From assembly GCA_016707785.1 (NCBI GenBank), contig JADJGZ010000014.1, positions 4,225 to 68,224 of the forward strand: a DNA stretch of 64,000 nucleotides, written 5' to 3'. Below are positions 11,968-21,666 of this stretch, in pieces. The translations under genes were made by a program, and so were the position numbers. The notes beneath the pieces are model-generated. The model searched no databases. It worked only from the letters and a program-made list of their open reading frames with translations, and was not told the DNA's origin. The number at the start of each line of letters is the position of its first letter. The first letter of the stretch is position 1. Origin of the DNA: Bacteroidales bacterium (GTDB taxonomy: Bacteria > Bacteroidota > Bacteroidia > Bacteroidales > UBA4417).

Positions 11968-14112
11968 TTATTGAGGTGCTCCTGCTTCATCCTGAGCCGG
12001 ACGAGGCAGTAATACCTTACGGGATAATTTCAGTTTTCCTGTTTTACTATCGACTTCAATCAGCTTAACTTCAATTTTGTCACCTACTTTCAAAACACTT
12101 TCAACATCCTTTAGTCTTCTCCATTCAATTTCGGAAATGTGAAGCAGTCCGTCCTTGCCGGGAAGAATTTCAACAAAGGCTCCGAAAGTGGTAATGGTTT
12201 TAACTGTTCCGGTATAGACTTCACCTACTTCCGGAATGGCAACAATGCCTTTAATCCTGGCTTTTACAGCTTCGATGGAGGCTTTGTTATTGGAAACGAT
12301 ATCGATAACACCAAATTCGCCAACTTCCTCAATCACAATTGTAGAACCGGTTTCACGCTGCATTTCCTGGATTACTTTTCCACCCGGGCCGATAACTGCA
12401 CCGATAAATTCTCTTGGGATGGTGATTTTTACAATTCTTGGAACGTGTGGTTTATAGTCCTCACGTGCTTCGGTAAGTGTTTTTGCAAGTTCGCCGAGGA
12501 TATGGATCCTGCCTTTGCGGGCTTGTTCAAGGGCTTCAGCAAGAATCTCAAATGATAGACCATCTACCTTGATATCCATCTGGCAGGCTGTAATACCATC
12601 TGATGTGCCGGTAACCTTGAAATCCATATCACCTAAATGATCTTCATCACCCAGGATATCTGACAGGATTCCATATTTTTTGGTTTTGGTATCTGTAATA
12701 AGGCCCATTGCAATTCCGGCAACCGGCTTACGAAGTTTTACGCCTGCATCCAACAATGCCAGTGTTCCGGCACATACGGTAGCCATAGATGAAGATCCAT
12801 TGGATTCGAGGATATCAGAAACGATCCTGACAGTATATGGATTGTCTTCTTTACTAGGCATCATTGCTTTAAGAGCGCGAAGTGCCAGGTTTCCATGACC
12901 GATTTCCCGGCGTCCGGTTCCACGAATAGGTTTTACCTCTCCTGTTGAGAAAGGAGGGAAGTTATAATGAAGGATAAAATCTACCTTTTCTTCGATCATA
13001 GCACCATCGATCATTTGTTCATCGAGCTTGGTACCCAGTGTAACCGTTGTAAGAGATTGAGTTTCTCCACGTGTGAAGATTGCTGAACCATGAGCCATAG
13101 GCAAATAGTCTACTTCACTCCATATTGGGCGTATTTCATCCAGTTTGCGACCATCAAGCCGACGACGTGATTCAAGTACCATGTTACGCATGGCTTCTTT
13201 TTCAGTGTCGTGGTAATAGCGATCGATAAGGGCAGATTTTGCAGCCAGGATTTCTTCGCTTAATGTAGCCTTATATTCATCTTTAATTGCATGGAAAGCT
13301 TCAGTTCTAGCATGTTTAGGCTGGCCCGACATTGCAATAGCAAGGATTTTTTCGTACGTATAATCCCTGAGTTCTTTACGGAGTTCTTCGTCGTGGTGTT
13401 CATGACAATACTCACGTTTTGGACTGGCTTTTTCAACAAGTGCAGCCAGGTCATTTTGTGCAGTACATTGAATTTTAATGTGTTTATGAGCAAAACCAAT
13501 TGCTTCGATCATATCATTCTCAGAAACCTCTTTCATCTCACCTTCAACCATCACAATATTCTCAAATGAGGCAGCAACGATGAGGTCGATATCAGCACCG
13601 GCTATTTCACTGGTGGGTGGATTAATGATGAATTTACCATTGATCCGGGCAACTCTTGCTTCAGAGATGGGTCCGTTAAAAGGAATGTTGCTGACAGCAA
13701 GTGCACTTGATGCTGCCAAACAAGCTAATGCATCAGGTAAAACCTCTGCATCAGCTGATATAAGAGTAACAATAACCTGTACTTCTGCATGAAAATCATC
13801 CGGAAACAGTGGCCGCAAGGCGCGGTCTACCAATCGGGAGATCAGGATTTCATGATCCGAAGGACGTGCTTCTCTTTTAAAGAAACCACCAGGGAAACGG
13901 CCTGCTGCGGCATATTTTTCCCTATATTCAACGGATAATGGCATAAAATCTACATTTTCGGCTGCGTCTTTTTTAGCAACCACTGTAGCCAACAACATGG
14001 TATTACCCATTCTGACTACACAGGCACCATCTGCCTGCTTGGCTAATTTACCGGTTTCAATTGAAACTACTCGGCCATCGCCAATGTCGAAGGTTTTAAC
14101 AATTCCTTCCAT
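11968..14112 (-). CDS. pnp: Polyribonucleotide nucleotidyltransferase (PNPase)
   Basis: 714 aa with two RNase PH-like halves, KH ([13 protein letters not shown]) and S1 ([33 protein letters not shown]) domains. Confidence 0.95.
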   Translation of the reverse strand: MEGIVKTFDIGDGRVVSIETGKLAKQADGACVVRMGNTMLLATVVAKKDAAENVDFMPLSVEYREKYAAAGRFPGGFFKREARPSDHEILISRLVDRALRPLFPDDFHAEVQVIVTLISADAEVLPDALACLAASSALAVSNIPFNGPISEARVARINGKFIINPPTSEIAGADIDLIVAASFENIVMVEGEMKEVSENDMIEAIGFAHKHIKIQCTAQNDLAALVEKASPKREYCHEHHDEELRKELRDYTYEKILAIAMSGQPKHARTEAFHAIKDEYKATLSEEILAAKSALIDRYYHDTEKEAMRNMVLESRRRLDGRKLDEIRPIWSEVDYLPMAHGSAIFTRGETQSLTTVTLGTKLDEQMIDGAMIEEKVDFILHYNFPPFSTGEVKPIRGTGRREIGHGNLALRALKAMMPSKEDNPYTVRIVSDILESNGSSSMATVCAGTLALLDAGVKLRKPVAGIAMGLITDTKTKKYGILSDILGDEDHLGDMDFKVTGTSDGITACQMDIKVDGLSFEILAEALEQARKGRIHILGELAKTLTEAREDYKPHVPRIVKITIPREFIGAVIGPGGKVIQEMQRETGSTIVIEEVGEFGVIDIVSNNKASIEAVKARIKGIVAIPEVGEVYTGTVKTITTFGAFVEILPGKDGLLHISEIEWRRLKDVESVLKVGDKIEVKLIEVDSKTGKLKLSRKVLLPRPAQDEAGAPQ

Positions 14113-14210
14113 AATTTACCTCTTTCTTTTATAACATGTAATGTGTTGTTCAGAATTTGAAGGAATCAGGTTGACAACACAACGATCCTGTATTCCTGTA
14201 AGATTCAATA

Positions 14211-14239
14211 CAAAAAAAGGCAATTGAAAAATTGCCTTT
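14211..14239 (-). terminator. rpsO-pnp intergenic hairpin (terminator/attenuator)
   Basis: AAGGCAATT-loop-AATTGCCTT is flanked by A- and T-runs. Its position matches the known rpsO terminator / pnp leader arrangement. Confidence 0.6.
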
Positions 14240-14269
14240 TCTTTTGATATCTTTAGTATGGTCAAGTTA

Positions 14270-14539
14270 TTACTTACGGATACTTAACTTACTGATGATA
14301 GCACGGTATCTCTCAATCTCCTTCTTCTTCAAATAATCCAAAAGTTTACGACGTTTACCAACAAGACGAACCAATGACCTTTGAGTGGCCAGATCTTTCC
14401 TGTTGACTTTCAGGTGCTCTGTTAAATGCTTAATGCGGTAGGTAAACAGTGCAATCTGTCCTTCAGAAGAACCAGTATCGGCTTCTGAAGTGCCGTTTTC
14501 CTTAAAAATATCCTTCTTGATTTCAGGAGTTAAGTACAT
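14270..14539 (-). CDS. rpsO: 30S ribosomal protein S15
   Basis: 89 aa. Seen: ...GSSEGQIALFTYRIKHLTEHLK.N.KD..S.R.L...VGKRRKLLDYL. Confidence 0.95.
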   Translation of the reverse strand: MYLTPEIKKDIFKENGTSEADTGSSEGQIALFTYRIKHLTEHLKVNRKDLATQRSLVRLVGKRRKLLDYLKKKEIERYRAIISKLSIRK

Positions 14540-14583
14540 ATCTGTGTGACTATTAGTTTACTTCTATTTCAATTTTCGGGCTG

Positions 14584-14591
14584 CAAAATTA
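14584..14591 (-). promoter_or_regulatory. -7 promoter box of rpsO
   Basis: The minus strand reads TAatTTTGCAGCCCG, 45 nt upstream of the ATG. A second exact box, TAttTTTG, is at 14665-14672. Confidence 0.5.
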
Positions 14592-14725
14592 GTATTTTTC
14601 AGGCAAAGAAAAAACTTTTCTTACATTTTTTTATTTCCATTGGCAGAAGCCCTCAATCAGACTGCAAAAATAACTATTTTTATAAATAAATCTAAGAGAT
14701 TGTCTTAAAAAATGCTATTCTCCGA

Positions 14726-14757
14726 AGAATCCAGAAGTCAGAAGTCAGAATCCAGAA
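14726..14757. repeat. CAGAAGT/CAGAATC simple repeat
   Basis: gaatccagaagtcagaagtcagaatccagaat. About 40 nt downstream is a partially complementary arm, ttactgactcctgcttactgaattctg (14790-14816). The repeat is preceded by a CCGAAG core (14722). Confidence 0.6.
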
Positions 14758-14932
14758 TAATTAGCCTAATTATGGTTACATTTTTTTCTTTACTGACTCC
14801 TGCTTACTGAATTCTGTCCGCATCAGCCGAATGACTACATTTTAATAATTTTAGACAGTTTCTATTATCACTTCACGCATACATTCTTGATTCATTTTGC
14901 CAACAACAAATTGGATTCAACAGCCAATAAGC

Positions 14933-15035
14933 CACTTTTATTCACTAAGATCACTCTAACCTCTTTAGCTCACTTTAGCTCACTTTAGCTCACTTTAGTT
15001 CACTTTAGCTCACTCTAGTTCACTCTAGCTCACTC
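14933..15035. repeat. About 10 tandem copies of the 10-bp unit CACT[T/C]TAG[C/T]T
   Basis: Read directly: the printed 10-nt blocks are in register with the repeat. It lies between the divergent rpsO and crtI genes, and its right end is 92 bp from the crtI ATG. Confidence 0.9.
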
Positions 15036-15126
15036 ATCTGATTACTGTTTAATTTCAAATACAAATGATTAAACAAAAGTGCATCATTTGTGTTTATATT
15101 GTACTATCACAGCGTTAACATTCACC

Positions 15127-16605
15127 ATGAATAAAAAAGTAACCATTATCGGAGCCGGGTTTTCCGGGCTTGCAACAGCTTCTCTATTGGCAAAGAGCGG
15201 GTTCCAGGTCCAGGTATTTGAAAAGAATGAAATGGCGGGAGGCCGTGCACGCAGTTTCCAATCAGATGGTTTTACATTTGATATGGGACCTAGTTGGTAT
15301 TGGATGCCTGATGTTTTTGACAATTTCTTTTCAATTTTCGGGAAGAAGACTTCAGATTACTATGAGCTGATACGCCTGGATCCGTCATATAGGTTTTATT
15401 TTGGAAAAGATGATAAGGTTGATGTGCCTGCAGATTTTGAAGGAGTGATTGAAACTTTTGAATCGATTGAAAAAGGAAGTGGAAAACAACTTGAGAAATT
15501 TCTGGAAGAAGCTGAGTATAAATATAAGGTATCCATGAACAAATTTGTGTTCAAGCCTGGGCTATCTATACTTGAATTCATGCATCCCGAGCTTTTGTCG
15601 TCTGTCTTTAAACTGCACATGTTCAGGTCATTTGATTCTCATCTCAGGAAATTTTTTCCAAATCCCAGGTTGCGTCAAATGCTGGAGTTTCCAATTCTGT
15701 TTCTTGGCGGGACTGCTAAGAATACGCCTGCACTTTATAGCCTGATGAATTACGGAGACATTAAACTAGGCACTTGGTATCCAAAAGGAGGAATGTATAA
15801 GGTTGTAGAAGCCATGGTGGAACTTGCAGAATCACAAGGTGTTTCTATACTTTATGATTGTCCGGTTGAAAATATTATTATTCAGGATGGTTCAGTTACA
15901 GGTGTTAATACCAAGTTCGGATTTCATCCAACCGATTTATTAGTGGCTTCTGCTGATTATCAGTTTGTGGAGCAGACTTTACTTCCTTCTGCTTTTCGTG
16001 ATTATAGTAAGCAATATTGGGATTCAAGGGTGCTATCTCCATCTTCTCTCATATTTTTCCTCGGGATTGATAAGAAATTAGAGGGTATTGAGCATCATAC
16101 CTTGTTTTTTGATGAAGATCTGGGGGCTCATGCTTCCCAGATTTACAGTAATCCTTCCTGGCCTGATAAGCCCTCACTTTATTTCAGCTGTACTTCAAAA
16201 ACAGATACTACTGTTGCACCTGAAGGAATGGAGAACCTTTTTGTATTGATTCCTGTAGCTCCCGGTTTGGAAGACTCGGAGGAGATGAGAAATAGATACT
16301 ACGAAATTATCATGGACCGGTTCAAGATGATTACAGGGCAGGATTTGAGAGACCATGTGGTTTTTCAAAGAAGCTATGCTCATAAAGATTTTGAAGCAGA
16401 TTATCATGCATTTAAAGGAAATGCATACGGTTTGGCGAATACACTTATGCAAACAGCCTTTTTGAAACCAAGGATTAAAAACAGGAAACTTGATAACCTT
16501 TACTATACCGGGCAGTTGACTGTTCCGGGGCCTGGTGTTCCACCTGCGCTTATTTCAGGTCAAATTGTTGCTAATGAAATTTCTAAACGTTTCAAAAAAG
16601 GTTAA
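15127..16605 (+). CDS. crtI: Phytoene desaturase
   Basis: The track ORF starts at GTG 15079, but ATG 15127 gives MNKKVTIIGAGFSGLATASLLAKSG (a Rossmann GxGxxG motif). The C-terminal ...YYTGQLTVPGPGVPPALISG is typical of CrtI. Confidence 0.9.
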   Translation: MNKKVTIIGAGFSGLATASLLAKSGFQVQVFEKNEMAGGRARSFQSDGFTFDMGPSWYWMPDVFDNFFSIFGKKTSDYYELIRLDPSYRFYFGKDDKVDVPADFEGVIETFESIEKGSGKQLEKFLEEAEYKYKVSMNKFVFKPGLSILEFMHPELLSSVFKLHMFRSFDSHLRKFFPNPRLRQMLEFPILFLGGTAKNTPALYSLMNYGDIKLGTWYPKGGMYKVVEAMVELAESQGVSILYDCPVENIIIQDGSVTGVNTKFGFHPTDLLVASADYQFVEQTLLPSAFRDYSKQYWDSRVLSPSSLIFFLGIDKKLEGIEHHTLFFDEDLGAHASQIYSNPSWPDKPSLYFSCTSKTDTTVAPEGMENLFVLIPVAPGLEDSEEMRNRYYEIIMDRFKMITGQDLRDHVVFQRSYAHKDFEADYHAFKGNAYGLANTLMQTAFLKPRIKNRKLDNLYYTGQLTVPGPGVPPALISGQIVANEISKRFKKG

Positions 16606-16617
16606 CCTTACTGAATT

Positions 16618-17496
16618 ATGGCTACAATAGCGATACAAACCCGTGAAACAACAAATTCTATGAAGGACTTGTTTGATATGATCTCCCGAAAATCAAGTAA
16701 GATGGCTACTGTTACTTACAGTACCTCATTTTCTCTGGGTATCCGGTTTTTCAGCAAGAGATTTCATGACCCTATCTATGGCATTTATGGTTTTGTAAGA
16801 TTTGCTGATGAAATTGTGGATTCTTTTCATGGATATGATAAAGAGAAATTACTTAACCGTTTTGAGGTAGATACCTACACAGCGATTGATGAAAAGATAA
16901 GCCTGAATCCCATTTTGAATAACTTTCAGTATGTGGTCAATAAATATGGAATTGAAAAGGAGTTGATTGATTTATTCCTGAAAAGTATGAGGATGGACCT
17001 GAATAAGGTTGAATATGACCAGGCTGGTTATGAAGCTTATATTCTAGGGTCGGCAGAAGTGGTAGGACTCATGTGTCTGCGGGTTTTTACAGAAGGAAAC
17101 AGTGAGCAGTACAATGCTTTAAAAATGCCAGCAATGCGTTTAGGTTCAGCCTTTCAGAAGATCAATTTCCTCAGGGACCTGAAAGCAGATGTAAAAGGCC
17201 TGGGGCGGACTTACTTCCCGGGGGTTGATATGAAGTTGTTCAACGATCATATGAAGAAAGAGATCGAAAAGGACATAGAAATGGATTTCCAGGCCGGACT
17301 TGAAGGCATAAGGATACTTCCAAAGGGGGCCAGGTTTGGTGTATATGTTGCATATACATACTTCCACAGCCTTCTTCGAAAAATCGAAAAGATATCAGCA
17401 GCGGAACTTACCGGTAAGCGTTTGCGCATCAATGATGGACAGAAGTACCTGCTTCTGTTTACCTCTTACCTTAAACACAGGCTTAATATTATATGA
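16618..17496 (+). CDS. crtB: Phytoene synthase
   Basis: 292 aa. Seen: YGFVRFADEIVD (the first Asp-rich motif region) and the second motif region ...FQKINFLRDLKAD..GR.YFP. Confidence 0.9.
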   Translation: MATIAIQTRETTNSMKDLFDMISRKSSKMATVTYSTSFSLGIRFFSKRFHDPIYGIYGFVRFADEIVDSFHGYDKEKLLNRFEVDTYTAIDEKISLNPILNNFQYVVNKYGIEKELIDLFLKSMRMDLNKVEYDQAGYEAYILGSAEVVGLMCLRVFTEGNSEQYNALKMPAMRLGSAFQKINFLRDLKADVKGLGRTYFPGVDMKLFNDHMKKEIEKDIEMDFQAGLEGIRILPKGARFGVYVAYTYFHSLLRKIEKISAAELTGKRLRINDGQKYLLLFTSYLKHRLNII

Positions 17497-18041
17497 AACA
17501 CAGCCGTTATTTATTGTTGTTGGTTTTGATTTTCCAACTTACACATATTTCGACAGCCCAATCGGTAAAGGTTGAAAGTGTGAGGAATGATTTTTTTGCG
17601 ATGCAAATGGTAGAAGATGGTGCACTGAAACTCTATTTTCGGTTAAAACCCCTCGACCTGAAAAAGAATCCGGTCCTTATGGCCTACAGGGGTGCAAGTT
17701 CAGCTGCAGCAGCAGGCTCTGTAAGCGGTGTGCACAAGAAACTTCAGTATTTTTCCAAAGGGAAAGACGAGTTGGAGAATGCTGTCAAATCCAGTCCACA
17801 GGATGCTGAGATTCGCTTCCTCCGGTTGGCTACCCAGCTGAATGCTCCCGGATTTCTTGGGTACTCGGCAAATATATCAGAAGATAAAGAATTGATTATT
17901 AATAAGATGTCGCTGATTGAATCCAATGATCCAAATTCATACCTTTATTCGCGAATTGCGGCATTTCTGTTAAAAACAGAAATTCTGACTCCTAAAGAGC
18001 AGCAAATTGTTACTCAAATAAAGAAGAAAACAGGTAATTGA
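17493..18041 (+). CDS. Hypothetical exported protein embedded in the carotenoid operon
   Basis: 182 aa with signal peptide MKHSRYLLLLVLIFQLTHISTAQS. There is an ATGA overlap with the crtB stop, and its stop overlaps the idi start. I recognise no motif. Confidence 0.6.
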   Translation: MKHSRYLLLLVLIFQLTHISTAQSVKVESVRNDFFAMQMVEDGALKLYFRLKPLDLKKNPVLMAYRGASSAAAAGSVSGVHKKLQYFSKGKDELENAVKSSPQDAEIRFLRLATQLNAPGFLGYSANISEDKELIINKMSLIESNDPNSYLYSRIAAFLLKTEILTPKEQQIVTQIKKKTGN

Positions 18042-18577
18042 TAATGATCATGGAAGAAAAGGTAATCCTTGTTGATGTGCATGACCAAAGTATTGGTGAA
18101 ATGGAAAAAATGGAAGCGCACCTATCAGGCCATATGCATAGGGCTATTTCAGTGCTGGTTTTTAACGACCGTCACGAGATGTTATTACAGCAAAGGGCTT
18201 TTTCGAAATACCATACCCCGGGCTTATGGACCAATACCTGTTGCAGTCACCCTCGTCCGGGTGAAACAACAGAAGATGCGGCCAACCGAAGATTAATGGA
18301 AGAGATGGGGATTGAATGCAAACTAACCAAAGGATTTGATTTTATCTACAAGGCCTCTTTCGAGAATGGACTTATTGAACATGAACTGGACCATGTTTAC
18401 ATTGGGATTTACAATGATGATCCTATCATTAATATTGAGGAGGCTCATGCTTTTCGATGGGTTTCGATGGTTGAACTGAAAAAGGATATTGCAGCTTTTC
18501 CGGAGAAATATACCATTTGGTTCAGGCTGATCATGGAAAAAATAGCAGAGAAAATGCCTGAACTACTTTCTGACTAA
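18038..18577 (+). CDS. idi: Isopentenyl-diphosphate delta-isomerase, type 1 (Nudix)
   Basis: Seen: HRAISVLVFN..., WTNTCCSHP, EHELDHVY. The track start is TTG 18038; ATG 18044 or 18050 (MEEKVILVD) are alternative starts. Confidence 0.85.
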   Translation: MIMIMEEKVILVDVHDQSIGEMEKMEAHLSGHMHRAISVLVFNDRHEMLLQQRAFSKYHTPGLWTNTCCSHPRPGETTEDAANRRLMEEMGIECKLTKGFDFIYKASFENGLIEHELDHVYIGIYNDDPIINIEEAHAFRWVSMVELKKDIAAFPEKYTIWFRLIMEKIAEKMPELLSD

Positions 18578-18602
18578 ATTGTTAACTTAATAAATCAAAC
18601 AG

Positions 18603-19058
18603 ATGGACACACTAATTAGTATCCTACTCATTCTGGGAGCTTTTCTGTTCATGGAATTCATGGCCTGGTTCACGCATAAGTATGTGATGCATGGATTTTT
18701 ATGGATTTTACATAAGGACCATCATATTCGTGATGGCCGGAAAGTTGAGTGGAATGATGTATTTGCCATTATTTTCGCTCTTCCTAGTATCCTGCTCATA
18801 TATTTAGGTGTGATGAATCCTGACTTATACCTGCTGAGTATAGGACTTGGAATTGCCTTGTATGGTTTTTCCTATTTCATGTTTCATGATGTTTATGTAC
18901 ACCAGAGGGTAAAAATCCTTTCCAGGCTCAGTAACCGATATTTAAGAGCAACTGTAAAAGCACATAAAGAACATCATAATCCTCATGCTCACTATAATTA
19001 TGGGTTCCTGATAGCTCCTTTCCGTTATTATAAGGAAGAGTTTGGCCGGAAATCCTGA
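18603..19058 (+). CDS. crtZ: Beta-carotene 3-hydroxylase
   Basis: 151 aa membrane protein with the His boxes HKDHH, HDVYVHQR and HKEHH. Confidence 0.85.
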   Translation: MDTLISILLILGAFLFMEFMAWFTHKYVMHGFLWILHKDHHIRDGRKVEWNDVFAIIFALPSILLIYLGVMNPDLYLLSIGLGIALYGFSYFMFHDVYVHQRVKILSRLSNRYLRATVKAHKEHHNPHAHYNYGFLIAPFRYYKEEFGRKS

Positions 19059-19125
19059 TTATCTGCTCCTGTATTCTGGTTATCCTATCCTTCAATTATT
19101 TGAATAACAACATTGATCATCAGGA

Positions 19126-19866
19126 ATGATTTCTTTTAATGATAACTGGCTTTACCTGCTGATTGACCTCGGAGCCATCAGTATTCCGTTTATTGCCACA
19201 TTTGATAAGCGCTTACGTTTTCATAAGCAATGGCGGTTTCTTTTTCCAGCCATGCTGATGACCATGTTATTATTCATTCCCTGGGATATGCTTAAAACAT
19301 GGCTCGGAGTATGGGGATTCAACCCCCGTTACCTGCTGGGTTATTATATTGGCAATCTTCCTGTTGAGGAATGGCTTTTTTTTATCGCGATTCCATATGC
19401 CTGTCTTTTTACGTATCATTCCCTCAATTACCTGGTAAAACCAGATCTCCTGGGCAGATATGCCAAAAATATTGCCTTATTTCTGGGGATAATTCTAGTG
19501 ACTGTTGGTCTGTTTAACCTGAATCGTCTTTATACCTCTGTGACTTTCATCTCAACGGGCCTTTTTCTGCTTTTACATGTTTTTTGGTTTAAAGCAATGT
19601 ACCTGGGCCGCTTCTTCCTGATGTATTTTGTTACACTAATTCCATTTTTCATAGTAAATGGCTTGTTAACAGGCGCTTACATACCGGAAGAGGTTGTGCA
19701 CTATGATGATGGTCAGAATCTTGGCATCCGACTTGGTACCATACCTTTAGAAGATATGGTATATGGCTTATTTATGCTACTATTGAACGTAACCCTCTAT
19801 GAATTCCTGAAAAGTAAATATCAAATTAATCAGACAGTGGGTCCGGATTCATTGCGTTCCCAATAA
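19126..19866 (+). CDS. Lycopene cyclase domain protein (fused CrtYc/CrtYd-type)
   Basis: 246 aa polytopic membrane protein with two PxE(E/D) motifs (LPVEEWLFF, IPLEDMVYG). Its 3' end overlaps the convergent mscS by 37 nt. Confidence 0.75.
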   Translation: MISFNDNWLYLLIDLGAISIPFIATFDKRLRFHKQWRFLFPAMLMTMLLFIPWDMLKTWLGVWGFNPRYLLGYYIGNLPVEEWLFFIAIPYACLFTYHSLNYLVKPDLLGRYAKNIALFLGIILVTVGLFNLNRLYTSVTFISTGLFLLLHVFWFKAMYLGRFFLMYFVTLIPFFIVNGLLTGAYIPEEVVHYDDGQNLGIRLGTIPLEDMVYGLFMLLLNVTLYEFLKSKYQINQTVGPDSLRSQ

Positions 19867-21125
19867 GCAACCTGGCTTTGTCTGAGATCCTCGCCTGTTG
19901 GGCTTTGGAAAACCCGAAGATCAAATTCCGGGACAATGGCAAGAATGTGATCAAAAATGTCAGATTGTACATTTTCAAACTTAATAAATTCCGTCTCCTG
20001 TATAAAAGCATAAATTTCTATGGGGATTCCTGTAGAGTGAGGCTGTAATTGCCTGACCAGCTGATCGCTTTCATTGTGAATCAATGGGTGTTGAGTCAGG
20101 TATTTTTCGAGGTAAGCCCGGAATACGCCAATATTGGTCTGACGTCTTCCGTTCACTGAAACAGAGTTGTCAATACTATTTTCCTTATTGTATTTTTCCA
20201 GTTGAGCCTGGGTTTCATTGATATAATTATGGAGCAGGCTAATTTTACGAAATTTCTCAAGCATCTCATCGGTACAGAACCGTACACTTGACATATCTAT
20301 GCTGATAGAACGTTTGATTCTCCTTACTCCGGATTCCTTCATGCCCCGATAATTCTGAAAGGATTCTGACACCAGCGCATAGGTGGGGAGAGTTGTTATG
20401 GTATTGTCAAAATTCTGAACCTTAACAGTTGTCAGGGAAATTTCCATTACAGTTCCGTCTGCCCCAAATTTTGGCATATTAATCCAATCACCCTGCCGAA
20501 CCATATCGTTGGCTGAGAGCTGAATTCCCCCGACAAATCCAAGTATAGGATCCTTGAAAATGAGAAGCAGAACCGCAGAAAAAGCGCCAAGACCTCCCAG
20601 CATATAAATCGGCGATTGATTAAAGAGATAAGAAAGGATCAATAGAGAGCCGATAATAAACATCACAATTTTGCCTACCTGAATATAGCCTTTGATTGGA
20701 TGATGAACGGCATACTCGCTTTTTTGGTAAACTTCATAAATGGCATTGAAGAAGGAGTTTATCACCATCAGGAAAATGATGATAATGTAGATATTCGTGA
20801 GCTTTAATGCCAGGGTAGTCAGAGCAGGAGAAAATTCATCCAGTGCAGCCGGAACCGACTGATAGATCAGGATTCCGGGAATCAGGAAGGCAAGGCGGTT
20901 AAAAACTTTTTTCTCTATCAACACATCGTCCCAAATACTTGAAGTCTTTGAAGCAATTCGTTTCAACACCCGTATGATGATGTATTTGGTGATATAATAA
21001 AGTGCAATACTTATCACCATTATTATCAGGAAGTCAGTAATTCCTGCCATTACCGAAGCGTTGGAACTACTGATCCCTACTTTGATAAGCCAGATTCTTA
21101 AGGATTCTGTTAATGAAACAAACAT
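19830..21125 (-). CDS. Mechanosensitive ion channel (MscS family)
   Basis: N-terminal TM helices, then the MscS beta-domain motif (GDWINMPKFGADGTVMEISLTTVKVQNFDNTITTLPTYALVSESFQNY). The track start is TTG 21128; the adjacent ATG 21125 is preferred. Confidence 0.85.
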   Translation of the reverse strand: MFVSLTESLRIWLIKVGISSSNASVMAGITDFLIIMVISIALYYITKYIIIRVLKRIASKTSSIWDDVLIEKKVFNRLAFLIPGILIYQSVPAALDEFSPALTTLALKLTNIYIIIIFLMVINSFFNAIYEVYQKSEYAVHHPIKGYIQVGKIVMFIIGSLLILSYLFNQSPIYMLGGLGAFSAVLLLIFKDPILGFVGGIQLSANDMVRQGDWINMPKFGADGTVMEISLTTVKVQNFDNTITTLPTYALVSESFQNYRGMKESGVRRIKRSISIDMSSVRFCTDEMLEKFRKISLLHNYINETQAQLEKYNKENSIDNSVSVNGRRQTNIGVFRAYLEKYLTQHPLIHNESDQLVRQLQPHSTGIPIEIYAFIQETEFIKFENVQSDIFDHILAIVPEFDLRVFQSPTGEDLRQSQVAYWERNESGPTV

Positions 21126-21130
21126 CAATT

Positions 21131-21170
21131 GAGAATTTGAGAATTTGAGAATTTGAGAATTTGAAAATGA
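21131..21170. repeat. (GAGAATTT)x4 plus a degenerate copy, abutting the mscS start codon
   Basis: Read directly. The array begins 6 nt upstream of the mscS ATG (minus-strand reading AAATTCTC). Confidence 0.9.
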
Positions 21171-21190
21171 GCATATTAGCTCAATCTAAT

Positions 21191-21295
21191 CACTTTCGTT
21201 CACTTTAGGAACTCTAGCTCACTTTAGCTCACTCTAGTTCACTCTAGCTCACTCTAGCTCACTTTAGTTCACTCTAGCTCACTCTAGATCACTTA
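21191..21295. repeat. About 10.5 tandem copies of the same 10-bp unit CACT[T/C]TAG[C/T]T as at 14933-15035
   Basis: Read directly. It has the same orientation as the first array and ends 3 nt from the SUI1 stop codon. Confidence 0.9.
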
Positions 21296-21298
21296 GTT

Positions 21299-21637
21299 CT
21301 ACCCACCGGCTTGCTTGGCTTTGTAACCTGATTTGATAAGGAATTCAAGGATTTTTGTGCGGTTGTCTCCCTGGATTATGATTTCACCATCCTTTACAGA
21401 TCCCCCTGTCCCACATTTCGATTTTAATAATTTACCAAGCGTTTCAAGGTCTTCTTCTCTGCCAATATAACCGGTAATCAACGTAACCTGTTTTCCTCCT
21501 CTTTGTTTTTTATCAAGCATAACCCTAAGGTTCTGTTGCTGGGGAGGGAGAGTAGCCGTTTCTGCTTTCTCTGTTGCATATTTGAAATCAGGATTGGTTG
21601 AGTAGACGATGCCTCCGTTTTTATTTTTTGAACTCAT
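21299..21637 (-). CDS. SUI1/YciH-type translation initiation factor
   Basis: 112 aa. Seen: ...[12 protein letters not shown]...[32 protein letters not shown]...L...G. Confidence 0.85.
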   Translation of the reverse strand: MSSKNKNGGIVYSTNPDFKYATEKAETATLPPQQQNLRVMLDKKQRGGKQVTLITGYIGREEDLETLGKLLKSKCGTGGSVKDGEIIIQGDNRTKILEFLIKSGYKAKQAGG

Positions 21638-21666
21638 AGTATTAATGTGTTAGGGAGATCTATGAA

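Noticed and set aside
10888-13792. Plus-strand track ORFs overlapping rpoD and pnp (e.g. 10888..11208, 12139..12555, 13291..13569)
   Set aside because: They are antisense to strongly supported housekeeping genes and have no recognisable motifs.
14933-15035. Possible CRISPR array (also considered for 21191-21295)
   Set aside because: The period is only 10 bp with no spacers, and no cas genes are in the window. These are simple tandem repeats.
15079-15126. N-terminal extensions of track ORFs (crtI 15079; also 25886-26041, 26502-26567, 29670-29678, 42395-42556, 21126-21128)
   Set aside because: Internal ATG codons give canonical N-termini (a Rossmann motif, signal peptides or lipoboxes, conserved family starts). 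In several cases these sit at the right distance from a TAnnTTTG box.
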